Part shown: positions 26,391 through 40,379 of the stretch, piece after piece
Position numbering within the stretch: the first letter of the stretch is position 1
Layout of the letters: every line of letters begins with the position of its first letter
From: Callorhinchus milii
Taxonomy: Eukaryota
Assembly (NCBI RefSeq): GCF_018977255.1
Contig: NW_024704743.1
Span: 12,340,001-12,404,000 of the forward strand
Length of the DNA: 64,000 bases
Direction: 5' to 3'
The notes under the pieces: generated by a model
The model's database searches: none
The model's input: the letters and a program-made list of their open reading frames with translations, nothing else
Told to the model about the DNA's origin: nothing
Position numbers and translations under genes: made by a program

Positions 26391-26974
26391 CTGATACTGG
26401 GAATATTTTTGTTTGCTAATCTGACTGGAAGCGGCTCTATGCTTCTTTTCTTGTTGATGTGTTTCTGTGGAGGACTCAGTGTTCTGTTGTGGGAACAAGG
26501 CCAGGGAGCAATGGGAGCGGGTGCATTGTGTTTGGGTTAGTTGTTCCTGATGAAGTTGGAGGAACAGAATTTTGTTTCTTTGTCAGACACAACATGTCCT
26601 CTTGTGCACAGGCAGCCTTTGCATTTCTGGATGAGTCAGGATGCTGCTATAATAACAATCCTTACATTTGATACAGCGCCTTTCATGTCAAAGGACGGCT
26701 CAAAGCGCTTCACAAGACATACTATAAAGCAAAGTGTGTGTTTTGTGGGCCAATGTGGTGGTCAATTTGCCCACAATGACATTACCTTTTTTTTTAACCT
26801 AGGGGAATTGTTGGCCAGGACACTGGGATCTGTAACGTCCACCTGAACCAGCAGACAGGACCTTAGCTTAATGCCTCATCCGAAGGACGGCACCTCTGAT
26901 AATGCAGCACTCCCCCAGTACTGCTTTAAGCTCATATCGTCAGCCTGGACGATATGAGTTTAAAGTCCTGATTT

Positions 26975-27282
26975 GGGCACAGCCAGCCTGGCTCTTTGGC
27001 AGGACCTGTAAGGGCAGACCAGTCCATGGGGCAGCTCCTGTTAACCCTGGAAGACAGCGCCCTAATGAGTAGGGTGCTCCTAGCTGGACAAACAGCGGAA
27101 AAGCTTGTCAGACAGTGAAAGTAATGGCAAGCTATATGGTTTTAGCCTTGCTCTTACCAACCTGTGCCTAATACTTTCCAGAATCTTTGGGATGCATGGA
27201 ATTCTCAGTTTGGTTTAGATGCTCTTTAAACATGATGATGGGTTTCCACATGTGTCCGACACCTGGCTGACCAAAACAAAAT
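26975..27282 (+). repeat. Unclassified ~450-bp repeat, internally deleted copy
   Basis: Shares ctgttaaccctg...gctggaca...ggttttagc...ctaatactttcc...ctggctgacc with the other copies. Confidence 0.72.
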
Positions 27283-27529
27283 GTGTGCTTCAAGCCACAT
27301 CTGCAGTGACCTTATGACCCCAAACTCAGCCATTTTTATACTTCAAACAGATTTTAAAAACTGTAACAACTATGCATTTGATAATGGGAATACTTTTTCC
27401 TCAATTTTGATAGAATCAGAAAACTTTACAAATACCATTTTTTAAAAATCTGATTAAAATCAGAAGTGAAGCTTAAATATATAATACAGTGAAGGAACTC
27501 AACTGTGACTACCCTTTGAGATATAAGAC

Positions 27530-27900
27530 CCAACTACATCCATTTATACAGCATCCTTCACGCAGGGTAGCATCTTGGGAGCACTGAACAATGGCATAAT
27601 TTGACACCGAGCCAGGGAGAAAAGGTAACTGACCATAGGAACGGTTGAAGTGGAAAGTCTTCAGGTGCGATCTGAAGACGGGTAAAGAGGGAGCAAGCCA
27701 GAGAAATTGTGACAGGGAGTTCCAGGTTTCCGGGATGTAGTGGCTGAAGGCACAGTTGCTGATGGTGGAGTGGAGAGGTCAAGGTTATACACAGAAGGCC
27801 CAGGCTGGTTGAATGTAGAGAATGGGTAGAGGAGTGGGGTGTGAGCAAGTTGGAGAGGTACGGAGGTGCTAGGGCATGAAGTGATTTGTAGGTGAGTTTG
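27530..27900 (-). mobile_element. L2 3' fragment
   Basis: Diverged L2 C-terminus and 3' UTR on the minus strand. Confidence 0.65.
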
Positions 27901-28129
27901 CAGTCAGTACTAGTACTGTTGTCAGCCAGCCTCAGTGGGTAGTACCCTCACTATCAATCTGCTAATGTGTTCAAGTTTCCTATCTAGTTAGTGATCCTGT
28001 TAACAAGTTTCCACTGCACAGCATTTTCTTCCCTTCTTTTGCTGTGGCTTTAACATCAGGGTGGAATTTGTTGGCAATCTGATGGAAAAGGAGTGGGTGA
28101 TGATCCATTATTGCCTGTCTCTGACAATA

Positions 28130-29210
28130 TCTCACCCTAAAACCTGCCAAAATACCTTGTCCATGCCTTTATCACCTCTCGGCTGGACATACTCTAACGC
28201 CCTCCTCGCCAGTCTCCCCTCTTCAACTATTCATAAAATCCAGCTCATTCAAAACTCCGCTGCCCCCATTCTCACCCGCACCAAACTTTGTAACCAATTA
28301 CTCCAGTCCTTGGCAAATTCCACTGGCTCCCTGTCACAGAGTGGATCGACTTCAAGATGCTCAGTCTAGTGTTTAAATCACGAACCGACTCCTCCACCCA
28401 CTTTCTCACACCTCACCCATCCTCACCTCAAATGCCAACTGCAAGGCGATGCTGGACTTTCTCAAATCCAAAGTCAAGGGAATCCGCTCAGCAGATTGCC
28501 TCTGTCACTGCATCTGCTATCCGCTCCCCATCTCCTCCTCCCACCCTCCCATCCCGGCCCCTGCCCATCCTCCCTCCACACCTTTGAACTTGTCTCCGCC
28601 TCCTCTCTCATCACCACCATAACCCAGATGAAACCCACCACCTGGTCCCTCAACCCTATCCCTACCCCACTCCTCACCTCCCAGCTTCACCTCCTTGCCC
28701 CTCTACTCACTGACATTGTAAACCTCTCCCTGTCCTCTGGTACTGTTCCCACCCCTTTAAAAAACGCTATCATCATTCCTATCCTTAAAAATCCCTCCCT
28801 GGACCTTTCTCTACTCCCTAACTACCACCCCATCTCCAACCTCGCCTTCCTCTCCCTCCCTGCCTTGCCACCTTTAAGACCCACCTCAAGACCCTCCTCT
28901 TCGACATGCTTTTGATCTCCCTGCTTCCCCCCCTGCCCTCCCCCCTCCCCCACCTTGACCCCCAGCTCAGGTCTGTAACTCTGTCTGTCCAGCGCCTTGG
29001 GACGTCCTCCCGACGTGAAAGACGCTATACAAATTTGTTGTTGTTGCAAATCCCTCCATTCCTTGGCACAACCTTCTCCAACCTCCTCTCTCCCCACAGC
29101 AGTACCCGCTGCCTCCGCTCTACTGGGTCTGGCCTCCTCCGCGTCCCCCGAATCCTCCGTTCCACCATCGGCGGCTGTGCTTTTAGCCACTGCACCCCAA
29201 AACTTTGGGA
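28130..29210 (+). mobile_element. Nested L2 fragments (internally deleted L2 at ~28377-29047 inside another L2)
   Basis: The host L2 breaks after ctagtgtttaaat and resumes at aaatccctccattcc, after a complete 3' tail (ttgttgttg) of the insert. Confidence 0.75.
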
Positions 29211-30659
29211 GTTGGGGGAGGGGGCTGCATTGTCGGAGCTGCTGTTCTTCAGATGAGATATTAAATCGAGGTCCTGCCTGTGCCTGTCCAGGTGGACTTC
29301 AAACATCCTGTGGCAATATTTGAAAAGAGGAGGAAGTTTCTTTCCTGGTCAACAATCTCCAGGATAAAATTGGTCATTGACTTCACAGCTTTTTGTAGGA
29401 CATTGACTAACTAACCCATACAGAATTAATTGCTATCAACATCCCCATTATTGTAGAATGCGACTACCAGAATGGTAGAAGGCAAACTAGATGCACCTTG
29501 GTCTTTCTTCATCTAGCAATTCCTTTGTTATAATAATAATTATAATAATCCTTGGATTGGATATAACACCTTATCAGGTCTTTGAGACGTCTCAAAGCGC
29601 TTCACAGACTATACTGTAAAGTGAATTCACTACAATTTACAGCAGAACCTGTGAAGCGCTTTGAGATGCCCTCCCCAAGTGAAATACTCAGAGGACGACG
29701 TCTCAAAGCGCTTATCAATGCCATTATTATTATCCTTATGGTCTGAATAATCGTCGTCTGCCCTGGCAGTGCATCAGTTAACACAGTTGCCTTTATTGAC
29801 TTTGACATGAGCTGCGGGTTTCTCTGCTGGCATGTGGTTTGCTTTGAACCTCTTGCCTGCAATGTCGGGAGCTAGTATTTAACTTGGGCCTGGTTCAATT
29901 GGCTTTGACCGTACATCGTTGTGTGTCACCTCACATAAATAACTAAGGCAGGGTCCAAGCATGAGTGGTGAGACTGTGAGCGGATGTTTGCTTGCTTTGT
30001 GGAGCCCACCAATGAATAAACTACATAGTTTTCAGCCCTGTGTTCCAATTCCGAAACATCAATGTGTTTTTTTATCTGGAAGCTGAAGTTGTACCTTTTG
30101 CTGATAAAATAATAAATAATCCTCACATTCGATACAACACCTTTCAGGTCAGGAGGCCTCAAAGCGCTTTGTCGGATTTACTGTGAAGTGTGGTGACTGT
30201 ATGCTTTGTAGGCGAACGCGGCAGCCAATTTGCACACAGCAATGCCCCACAAACAGCCATGAAGTGAATGAGCAATTTTATTGCTCTACAAAATACACAG
30301 TTACTACACTTTACAGTGAATCCTGTGAAGCATTTTGTTGACCTGATAAAGTGTAGGGGTTTGAACCTACAGCTTTGTGACCGAGAGTGACCAAGAGTGC
30401 TACCAACTGAGCCAAAGATATTATTTTCACTGAATGAGTTGTGAATGCAAATTTTATTAGCGTTATCCGCAGTGCCAGCTTGTATATTTAGGAAAGGAAC
30501 GCAATGATTTCATGTGTTTTTTCCTGTGTGGTGAGACCGTTCCCATTGAGAATATTTTTCGCGGCTGTGGGGAATGCAGCTGTGGGGAAAGGAGAGGGGA
30601 GTTTGCATTGTCAGAGGTATCATCCTTTGAATGAGACGTTAAGCTGAAGTTCCGTCTAT

Positions 30660-31300
30660 CATTAAACATTCTCTGTCAGACATCAAGTCCTGGTTGAGAG
30701 CCAATTTCCTACAGTTGATTGTCAAGAAGACTGAGGCCCTCCTTACTTGGCTCCCGTCAGTGCCTCCACACCTCAGGTGCTGACAGTAAATCCATGGCAC
30801 TCTATGCTTCACGAAGCCAGTAAGAACCTTAGTGTCTTGTTTGACCCTCCACTGTCTTTTAAACCACCATATCCATGCCATTACCTATTCTGCCTTCGCC
30901 CACCTCCGCAACATTGCCTGTCTCCACCACTACCTCTTACCTTAGGCTGCTGAGGCCTTCATTTCGCCCAAGTTGACTATGTTAACTCCTTGTTTGCTGG
31001 ACTTCCCAACTGTCCCCCCTACAAGTTGCAGATTATTTAGAACTCTGTGACCCGTGTCCTCTCAAGCACTGAGCTTCATGAGCTGTTCACCCTAATCCTC
31101 ACCCGGCTTCATTGTCTCCCCACCCCCCAGAGGATTGAGTTTAAAATTCTCGTCCTCACCTTTAAAGCTAACCACAGTCTTGCTCCTGCCTACCTCTGCG
31201 ACCCGTTAAACACCAACCTGTCTGTCTGCAGGCCCTGGCCTGCTCCATGGCCTCCACCTGCCTTCTCCACTATCAGCGGTCAGGCCTTCAGGCTTTCTGC
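30660..31300 (+). mobile_element. Diverged L2 ORF2 C-terminal fragment
   Basis: SDIKSW..NFLQL and LHCLPTPQRIEFKILVLTFKA. Confidence 0.78.
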
Positions 31301-32649
31301 TGCCACTGGCTGGAGAGTGCCGCCACTGGCCAGGCTGACATCTACAGGCAGCACCGCCGACAATGAGGGGACTTCCCCCCTCTCCCCAGCATTGCACTGA
31401 AGTTTTCAGGCACACTTCAATACTTGTGTGACTTTTGTGAAGAAAAACATCAACTTTACTCCCACTGAGACAATCGCTTATTGATGCAGGCAATAGACTT
31501 GTAGTTCTTAATGTGTCTGCAACTCTTATTAGACAAAGGACTAATGCATATAGGGTGACCCCTGCTGGACAACTACAGTAGATTACATGGTTACCATTAA
31601 TCTTCTCTTATCTAGTAATAATAATCATCTAGCATTTGATACAGCTCCTTCCACATCAGGAGGACATCTCAAAAGTGCTTCACAGGATTTACTGTAAAGT
31701 GCTATGATTGTATTTTGTGGGCAAAGCCCAGCAGCTAATTTATACTTAACAACGTCCGTCCCTCAAACAGCCATGAAGTAAATGACAAATTTTATCTGGG
31801 GGATTGTTGGCCAGCACACTGGGAGAATCTCCCTACTCTTTTTGAGTCGCACCATGGGATCTTTAACTTCCACCTGAACTGGTAGACTGGACCTCGGTTT
31901 AACGTTTAAGGACGGCACCTCCAACAATGCAGCACAGTGGTGCTTTGGTGTGTCAGCCTCAAAACATACAGTCAGTTCACTTCACATTATATTCTGTGAT
32001 GCACTGTGAGACGTCTCTCTCACTCAATCCCTCTGCTTTGCCCCGTCCCTCCCCACTTTCAAATCCCGCTTAAAGACCTTTCTTTTTGATCGTGCTTATG
32101 GTCACCTCCCCCCTCCTATTCCCCCTGGCTCGAGGTCAGACGCGGTCACTCCGGGACGCTACCTCGTGTGATGGGCATTATATAAATGCAAGTTGTTATT
32201 GTCTCAAATAAGTGATAAGGCTTTATATTAAATGCAAGGATTATTATTATTATTAATTATTATGGTGTTGTGATTTATTGTGACCCAAGAACGCAGTGGT
32301 TGTTTATTGGCAAATAAGGAAACTGCTGCTGGCTTGTCACTCCACATCCTGTGAAGGTTGGTTTCACATGTTGGGTGAATCAATCGTCCTTCCAATGAAA
32401 CATTAACCCGAGGTTCAGTCAGCCTGTTCAGGTGGATGTTAAAGATCCAATGGCACTATTCGAAAAGAGAAGGGAGTTTCTCTCTCCCATTGTCCTGACC
32501 GACAATCCCCCAAATAAGATTGTCGCTCACTCCCCGTGGGACGTTGCTGTGCGAAAATTGGCTTCCGCCTTCACCCACAAAATACACATTCGCTACACTT
32601 TACAGTATCCTATGAAGTGCTTTGAGACATCTCAATGACGTGATAAGGC

Positions 32650-34715
32650 TCTCCCTTAAAACAGGTTCGTGCTGCTGAGCGCACCTGGCTTAAATCAAAC
32701 TTAATGGTCCATTGGCAGATCTGGCTGGACCTTATCAAAATCCTACTGCTCCGCCGTCACTTCCGCTAAATCGTCGTTCTACTCCAAGACAATCCAGGCT
32801 CCTCTTCTCCATCACGAACTGACCCATCCGCCTTCCCTCTCACGCCTCACCCATCCTCACCTCCAATGCCAACTGTGAGGCGATGCTGGACTTCCTCGCA
32901 TCCAAAGTATTGGCAAGAGGAAATCCGCTCAGCTGCCTCTGCCCTTCATCTGCTACCCCCTCCCCATCTCCCCCTCCCACCCCGGCCCCTACCCATCCCT
33001 ACCTTCGAACCTGTCTCCCCCTCCTCTCTCATCACCCCTATAACCCGCATGAAACCAACCACCTGCTCTCTCGACCCAATCTCCACCCCTCTCCTTACCT
33101 CCGAGCTCCACCTCCTTGCCCCTCTACTCACAGACATCATGAACCTCTCCCTGTTCATTGGTACTGTTCCCACCCCATTAAAAACTGCAGTCATCATTCC
33201 TATCCTTAAAAAACCCTCCTTGGACCCCTCTCTGCTCCCAAACTACTTCCCCATCTCCAACCTCCCTTTCCTCTCCAAGACTCTGGAACGAGTTGTTGCT
33301 TCGCTCCTTCCTCTCCCACCACTCCCTTCACAAACCCCTCCAATCGAGTTTCAACAGCACAGAAACTGCCCTGGTCAAAGTGACAAATGACGTCTGTCCA
33401 CCTGTTACCAGGGCTCCCTCTGCCTCCTCATCATCCTTGATCTTTCTGCTGCCTTCGACACGGTTGACCACTCTATCTTCATCCACCGCCTCTCCTCTCA
33501 CGTCAACCTTCATGGCTCTGTCCTTGACTGGTTCAGATTGTATCTCTCACACCACCTCCACTTCATCTCCACAAACCGTTTTTCCTCTAGCCCCCACACC
33601 GTCTCGTGCGACATTCCTCAGAGCTCTGTTGTTGGTCCCCTCCTCTTCAATACTTAATAATTATTAATAATTATTGAATTCAGTAATTCAATGCTCCCTC
33701 TTGGTGATATCATCCGCAGACATGGGGGTCAACTTCCACATGTATGCGGATGACACCCAACTATACCGCTCTGTCTCCATACTTGACTCCAGAACCACTG
33801 CTGTCCTGACAGAATGTCTGTCGGACATCAAGTCCTGGATGAGAACTAACTTTCTTCAGTTGAACATCAACAAGACCGAGGCTCTCCTGATTGGCTCCCG
33901 TCAGCGCCTCCTCACCTCAGGCGCTGACAGCATCACCATCCATGGTTGCACACTCCACCTTGCTAAGCCAGTCCGGATCCTGGGGTCTTCTTTGACTTGA
34001 AAGCTATCCTTTCTACCCCACGTCTGCGCCATGACCCACTTTGCCTTCCCTCACCTCTGCAACATCGCCCGGCTCTGCTACTGTCTCACCCCGCTGGCCG
34101 CCGAAACCCTCATACGTGCTTTCATGACATCGAAGCTCGACTATGCAAACTGATTGCTTGTCGGCCTCCCCAAGTCCTCCCTCCATAGATCGTCCAGAAC
34201 TCTGCAGCCCGTGTTCTCTCCCGCACCAGGCTACGTGACCCTATCACCCCCATCCTCGCCCGACTCCACTGGCTTCCCACTGACTGTCACACAGAAGATA
34301 CAGTTCAAGATCTTGGTCCTCACCTTCAAAGCCCTCCATCGTCTTGCTCCTCCCTAACTCTGTGATCTCCTAACCCCCTACCATCCTGCTCGCTCCCTCC
34401 GCTCAGCAGGCTCCAGCCTGCTTCACGTCCCCCGCCTCGCTCGCCCCACCATTGGCGGGCGGGCCTTTAGCCACACTGCCCCCACCCTCTGGAACTCCAT
34501 CCCACAGTCTCTCCACCTTGCCCCCTCCCTTGCCTCCTTCAAGACCCATCTCAAGACCCTCCTCTTTGACCATGCTTTCGATCTCTCTGCTTCCTCCCCT
34601 ACCCTCCCTGACCCCGACTCCCAGCTCGGGTCCGAAACTCTGTCTGTCCAGCATCTTGGGAAGTCCTCCCGACATGAAAAGTGCTATACAAATGTAATTT
34701 TGTTATTGCTGTTGT
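32650..34715 (+). mobile_element. 5'-truncated L2 LINE
   Basis: PILKKPSLDP..PISNLPFLSK, TETALVKV and FHMYADDTQLY, with the 3' UTR and tail present. Confidence 0.92.
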
Positions 34716-35691
34716 ATATCAAATGCAAGAATTATTATTATTAAAATCTCGATTTTGATATAATATAAAGCTGAATAATGTTAAATATTTAACAAGTGGA
34801 TTGCTGAGCATGTAGTGCTACAATTCAGCTCTCTGTGTGCCTCTCCTGTAAATATCCCTATTGATTTGGCCTCTACAGCTTTTTGGGACTGTGAGAGTAT
34901 TGCGAGTCTTCACAAAAGCTTTCAAGTCTTTAGCATCGCCTGCCCTGATTCAGTTAGTCCAATGAATTGAAATCTTTATAATGCGCTTACTGTTTCCAAG
35001 GGGGAAATATTGCCCCATTCGGAGTATCATAGCATAGAAAGAGGCCATTCGGCCCATCAAGTCTGCACCAACTCTCAAAGCAAGGTGTTCAATCAATCTC
35101 ACTGCCCTGCCTTATCCCCATACCCCTTCAAGCCTCAATTGGTTACTTTATCTTCATTGAGAAACGTGCAAATAATGATAATAATCATTATCATTTGATA
35201 CAGCGCTTTTCACATTGGGAGGACGTCTCAAAGTGCTTCTCAGAATTCACTGTAAAATTCAGTGGATGTGTGTTTTTTGTAGGCCAATTTGGTGCTCAGC
35301 AATGTCCCACAAACAGCCATGAAGTAAATTATCTGGGAGGTTATTGGCCAGGACACTGCGTGAAACTTCCTTTTCTTTTCAAATAGTGCCATGGAATCAT
35401 TCGTTCTGCCTGAACAGGCAGACGGAACCTTGTTGAATATCTTATCTGAAGCCTGGCTCAGTTGGTTATAGCATTGAAGATTCAAAAAATATCACCTTGT
35501 CCTAGTTTTTGGATCATTTTGCCCACACAATAGTCACTCCACTTTACAGTATATCTTGTGAACTGAACGGACACTACCATATATCTTGTGAACTGTGTTG
35601 AGACATCTTAACAACATGATAGAGCACTGTGTCAAATGCAAAGATTATTACTAATTAACCATTAATCCTTGATCTTTTATTTTACTATCAG

Positions 35692-35763
35692 GACCTCAGT
35701 TCCTTTGCGATGCCTTTCCTGGATGGAGATGTGGAAAGCTCTGAGAAAGATGGATCTCGAAAG
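35692..35763 (+). CDS. PRKAG2: PRKAG2 (AMPK gamma-2) exon 2, [24 protein letters not shown]
   Basis: Acceptor tttactatcag, donor aag|gtaggg, 72 nt, phase 0/0. The peptide closely matches human PRKAG2 exon 2 as recalled ([24 protein letters not shown]). Not in the ORF track. Confidence 0.95.
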
Positions 35764-36117
35764 GTAGGGGGACATGATTTTAATCATGGCAAAATTTGAG
35801 GCTGGTTTCTTTGTACATCTACACTGTACAGTTTACACTATTAGATTCGCTACAGATAAAGCCATCTCCTGGCAACGCCCTAGCACCCCAGAGTGATGCA
35901 GGTCTGAATCTGGAATGATCGCAACAGAGTTACTGTAGTTTGGGCAGACAGGACCTCAGTTTTTAACATCTCATCTGAGAGCCGGCACTTCCGACAATGT
36001 TCTCCCCCCACCACTTGAGTGAGGTGGGTAGGCAGCGTAGACTGGGAGCTCCAAAGCCAAAACTGTCACGTTCGCACACTCATCCGCATTAAACTCCATA
36101 CCCCTGTCACAACATCC

Positions 36118-36681
36118 CCGTCAAAACTCACTTAAGTCTTTTCTTAGGAAATTATCAGATTTTTAGAGTTGCACATTCACCTGAGTTCCGTTCAGTTTCC
36201 TATTAAAAAAAGCTACCTAGATTTCTTTGCACTAGTCTTATTAATCATCCTCAAACTCGTAACACCGCCCCCCCCACTCCCCCCATTACTCCTGCACTTA
36301 CCGGTTGCCTTGAATTGTGGGAAATGATATCCTGACCTGTTGCTGCCAACTTACATATGCACTTACCAGCTGACTGCGTTAAATCACGGGAAACAGTCAT
36401 GATCCGTCAACCAGTCAGAAGAATTTCATTTCCTGAAATTCAATGCGATTCCAACGTTTTATGGTAAGTATGCATGTGGCGACGGGTCAACATGCAATGA
36501 ATTACTGGAAATTCTTGACCCTTCACCACTCTCATTGGCTGCATTGAAATACACATGCACAATGTAAATTATTTATTAAATTGGATTTTCTACGACTTGT
36601 GCACTTCGCCTATAACTCAGACTGTGTAAGTTATATTAAATGTTATGGTCTCGAGTGATACGATTCATGTAAGTTTTGCTG
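36118..36681. mobile_element. Longer, more degraded copy of the Tigger-like MITE family
   Basis: Shares tagatttctttgcacta...gaaatgatatcctga with 9253-9569. Right end aagttttgctg|ta. Confidence 0.6.
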
Positions 36682-37582
36682 TATTATTGTTCTCATCTTT
36701 AAATCCCTCCATGGTCTGGGCCTACCCTATCTTTGTGAACTCCTCAAAACCAACTGACCCAGCCGTGTGCTCAATGGACACCAGCCTGCTTAACGTCCCC
36801 ACCCACCCCACCATCACCGGGTGGGCTTTCAGCCTATCTGCCACCATCCCGGAGTCCCTCTGACTTGCTCCCTCCCTCTCTCACCTCAGTCAAGGTCCCT
36901 CAAGACTTACCTCTTTGACTGTGCTTTCGGTTATTGTTCCCCTCCCAACCAATCAGCTCCCACCCCCAGCTCGGGTGCCAAGTCATTATTACTGAGTGCC
37001 TCCCAACATGAAAGATGCTGTTTAAATGTATTGTATTGATATTTATCACATCTAATGGAATCTTCTTTCCCAAAATATCACACCCCTTCTCTCTCTTCCC
37101 CCCACCCTCTCTCCCGCTTCCCTCACCAATCTCATCAACACTGTTCTCAACTGTCCTATGTCTGCAACCTTGCGTAGACATGGGCATTGCCCCTGTGTGT
37201 CAGCCTCGCTCACTCTTGCCTCTTGAGTCAGAAGGTACAGGTGGCATATACTTGTGGAATTCTCAGTCTGGGGTTTCGATACTCTTGAATATATTGCTAT
37301 GTGTGTCAGACACTCAGCTGAAAACAAACGGTCTGTTTTGTTTATTACAAAAACAGTTCCCACACTTGACAATAATAATAATCCTTTTATTTTGATGTAG
37401 CGTCGTATCAGGTTGTTTGCAATGTCTCAAAGCTCTTCACAAAATACTTTGTAAAATGGATTGACCATGCATTTTTTGGGCAAAATGTGGCAGCCAATTG
37501 CGCTTGGGAATCGAACCCTGGTTCTTTCGCTTGCCAGGGGAGTGCGCTAACCACTACACTATGGCGTGCAACTCTACCTATG

Positions 37583-38420
37583 AAATCATAGAATCGTAGA
37601 ATTATACAGCACAGGAGGCCATTTGACCCATCCTGTCTGTGCCGGCTTTTTGAAAAGAGCTACCCAATTCAATCCCACTCCCCCGCGCTCTCCCCATAGC
37701 CCTGCAAACTTGTCCTCCCCAAATAATTATCTACTTCTTTCTTAAAAGTTGTTATTGAATCGGCTTCCACCACACTTTCAGGCAATGCATTTCAGATCTG
37801 AACAACTCACTGTGCGAAAAAATTTCTCCTCACCTCCCCTCTGTTTCTTTTAACAACTATTGTAAATCGGTGTCCTCGGGTTACCTCCCCACTCACCAGG
37901 GAAATAGTTTCTCCCTGTTCACTCTATCGAATCCCCTCATAATTTTGAAAACTTCTACTTAAGTCTCCTCTTAACCTTTTCTGCTCCAAGGAGAATAATC
38001 TTAGCTTCTCTAGCCTCTCCTGATAACTGAAGTCCCTCTTTCTTGGTACCGTCCTGATAAATCTCCTTTGCAGCCTCTCCAATGCCTTGACATCCTACCT
38101 AAAGTGTGGTGCCCAGAACTGAACCCAGTCTCTCGCTGAGGCCTAACCAGTGTTTGATAAAGGTTCATCATAGCTTCCTGACTTTTGTATTCTATGCCCC
38201 TATTTATAAAGCCTAGTATCCGTATACTTTTTTAACAGCTTTATCTACCCGTCCTACCACCTTCAAAGATTTACTTATATGAACCCCAGGTCTCTCTGTT
38301 CCTTCACTTCCTTCAAGATTGTACCATCAGCTTACATTGCCTCTCCTTATTCTTCCTCCCAAAATGCATCATTTTGTATTTCTCCACATTAAATTTCATC
38401 TGCCACATGTCTGCCCATTT
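37583..38420 (-). mobile_element. CR1 LINE 3' fragment
   Basis: atcatagaatcgtagaatt tail and tgtggtgcccagaactgaac (VQFWAPH on the minus strand). Confidence 0.88.
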
Positions 38421-39227
38421 AAAAGTATGTCTACATTCTCTTGCGAAATGCTTCGAGATGTTTGGTTATGATAAGCCTCTGTATCTAATGCAGAGCTTGT
38501 TAAATTATAGAGCTGCCTGCCATAGAGTTGCTTTCTTTGAGCTTATGGTCCAGGCTGACACTCCAGTGCAGTGCTGGGGTTGTACTGTATTGTTGGAAAT
38601 CCTGGCCTTTGGATGAGATGCTAAACCAAGGTCCTGTCTGAGATTGTTCGGGTGAATGTTAAAGATCCCATGATGCTAATTGAAAAGAAAAGGAAGTTTC
38701 TCCCAGTGTCTTGTCGGATAATCCACCAGATAAAATCTGTTATTCATTTCATGGGACATTTGTGGGACATTGCTGTGGGACACAGCTGTGGGCAAACTGG
38801 CTATGTGTTCACATACAAAATACAGTGTCACTAAGCTTTACAGTTCTTGTGAAGTGCTTTTGAGACGTTCAAGGCGTGATAAGCCGCTATAGCAAATGCA
38901 AGGATTATTATTAATATTTCTGTTTGTATGGTAAACCCAGATTTACATTAGGATTTATCAAGACAGTTTATTTATTTATCAAGAAGGACGTAGTTTTAAA
39001 GAGTTGTAAAGGGTAATTTGGGGTCAGACAGGAAGTTTTTCTTTATGCAGAAGGTAATCAATCACTGGAACAGGGTTGCCCAGGAAAGGTGATAGAAGCC
39101 AGGAGACCTGACTCATTTAAAAGCTGCTTGATGTAGTGATCAGGTGAGGGTGGGTGTTTTGGAGGGATGAGATCAGATGGGTCGAAGGGTCTTCTTTATC
39201 CAGATAAATCTTGTGCGATCTTGTAAT

Positions 39228-39678
39228 TTTTTGGGGTCAGCCAGATGTCTGACACATGCGAAACCTATCAACATGCTTAAGAGTATCTAAACCAAGCTGA
39301 GGTTTCCATGCACCCCACCTGCACATGGAAATCCCAGAGATAGATTGTTGGAATGGAATGTGCACTTTCTCTCTGGAGGGACACATTTGTTTACCTAATT
39401 CCGGAAAGTATGATGTGCAGGTTGGCAACAAGCAAGACTTGGGGACCCCAGAGTCTGCGTTGGGGTAAAGTCTGGCATTTATCCAGCTAAAACCACATAG
39501 TTTGCCATTGATATCACTGTCTGGCAGGCATTCCCACTGCTTGTCCAGATAGGACCACCCTACCCATTAGGGCTTTGGCTTATGGGGTTAATAGGAGCTG
39601 AGTGGGATGACTCCCTGCCCCCCAGTGACTGATCTGTCCTTCCAAGTCCTGCCAATGAGCCTGTGTTGTCATCTAAGG
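39228..39678 (-). repeat. Unclassified ~450-bp repeat, near-complete copy
   Basis: Reverse complement of 43818-44286, with a T run at the left end. Confidence 0.8.
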
Positions 39679-39824
39679 TGAACCTGTGATTGCAGTGAAG
39701 AGCTGGGCAATAGCACCCGTTTTCGCCCACAAAATACAGTCACTACAATTTACAATATATTCCTTGAAGTGCTTTGAGACGTCAACGACGCGATAAGGTG
39801 CAATATGAAATGCAAGGATTATTA

Positions 39825-40038
39825 TTAACAATCATTAATTATCAATTATTACTTGTTACTTGTTACTTGTTAATTATTAATTATTAATTATTAATTATTA
39901 ATTAGAGTAATAATAATTAATAAGCTTTATAATAATGAATAAGATTAATAATAATCTTATTAATTATTATTAATCTTATTAATTATTATAAAGCTTATTG
40001 ATTATTATTAATTAATTAATCTTATTAATTATTATTAA
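39825..40038. repeat. AT-rich low-complexity tract containing a 48-bp-arm palindrome (39908-40010)
   Basis: Arms 39908-39955 and 39963-40010 are reverse complements at 46 of 48 positions, with a 7-nt spacer. Confidence 0.9.
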
Positions 40039-40090
40039 AGTGTGTTCCTCAGCACCTCACTCACTCAGACCCTTTTTGTGTCTCTTTCAG

Positions 40091-40379
40091 GGGGAAGACG
40101 CCTCTCATTCCGCAAGTCCTTCCAAAGGATTTTTTTCCCGGAATTTCCACAACCGGCCATCCAGCCCGGTGTCCGCTCCGGCGAGGTCCAAGCATAGCCC
40201 CAGCTCTCCCAGGTCGGTGTTTCCGTTTCCTCAGGATTCTCCACCCAGGCCTTCCCGCCGGATGAGCTTCACTGGGATGTTCCGTTCTTCGTCTAAAGAC
40301 TCACCGTCCCGGGATTCATCCGCCAGCTCCAGCTCCACCTCGCCCGTCTCCATCCGCTTCTTTTCCCGGACCAGGAAAG
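40091..40379 (+). CDS. PRKAG2: PRKAG2 exon 3, [17 protein letters not shown]...[17 protein letters not shown]...IRFFSRTRK
   Basis: Acceptor tctctttcag, donor aaag|gtagat, 289 nt, phase 0/1, inside ORF 40040..40414. Motifs [29 protein letters not shown] and IRFFSR match the gamma-2 N-terminal extension. Confidence 0.96.

Noticed and set aside
1..35691. PRKAG2 canonical exon 1 (MGSAVMD-like)
   Set aside because: Not found by eye; presumably upstream of the window. Exon 4 was likewise not seen after 54111.
40040..40090. N-terminal part of ORF 40040..40414
   Set aside because: Intronic branch point and polypyrimidine tract; homology starts at the AG acceptor at 40090.
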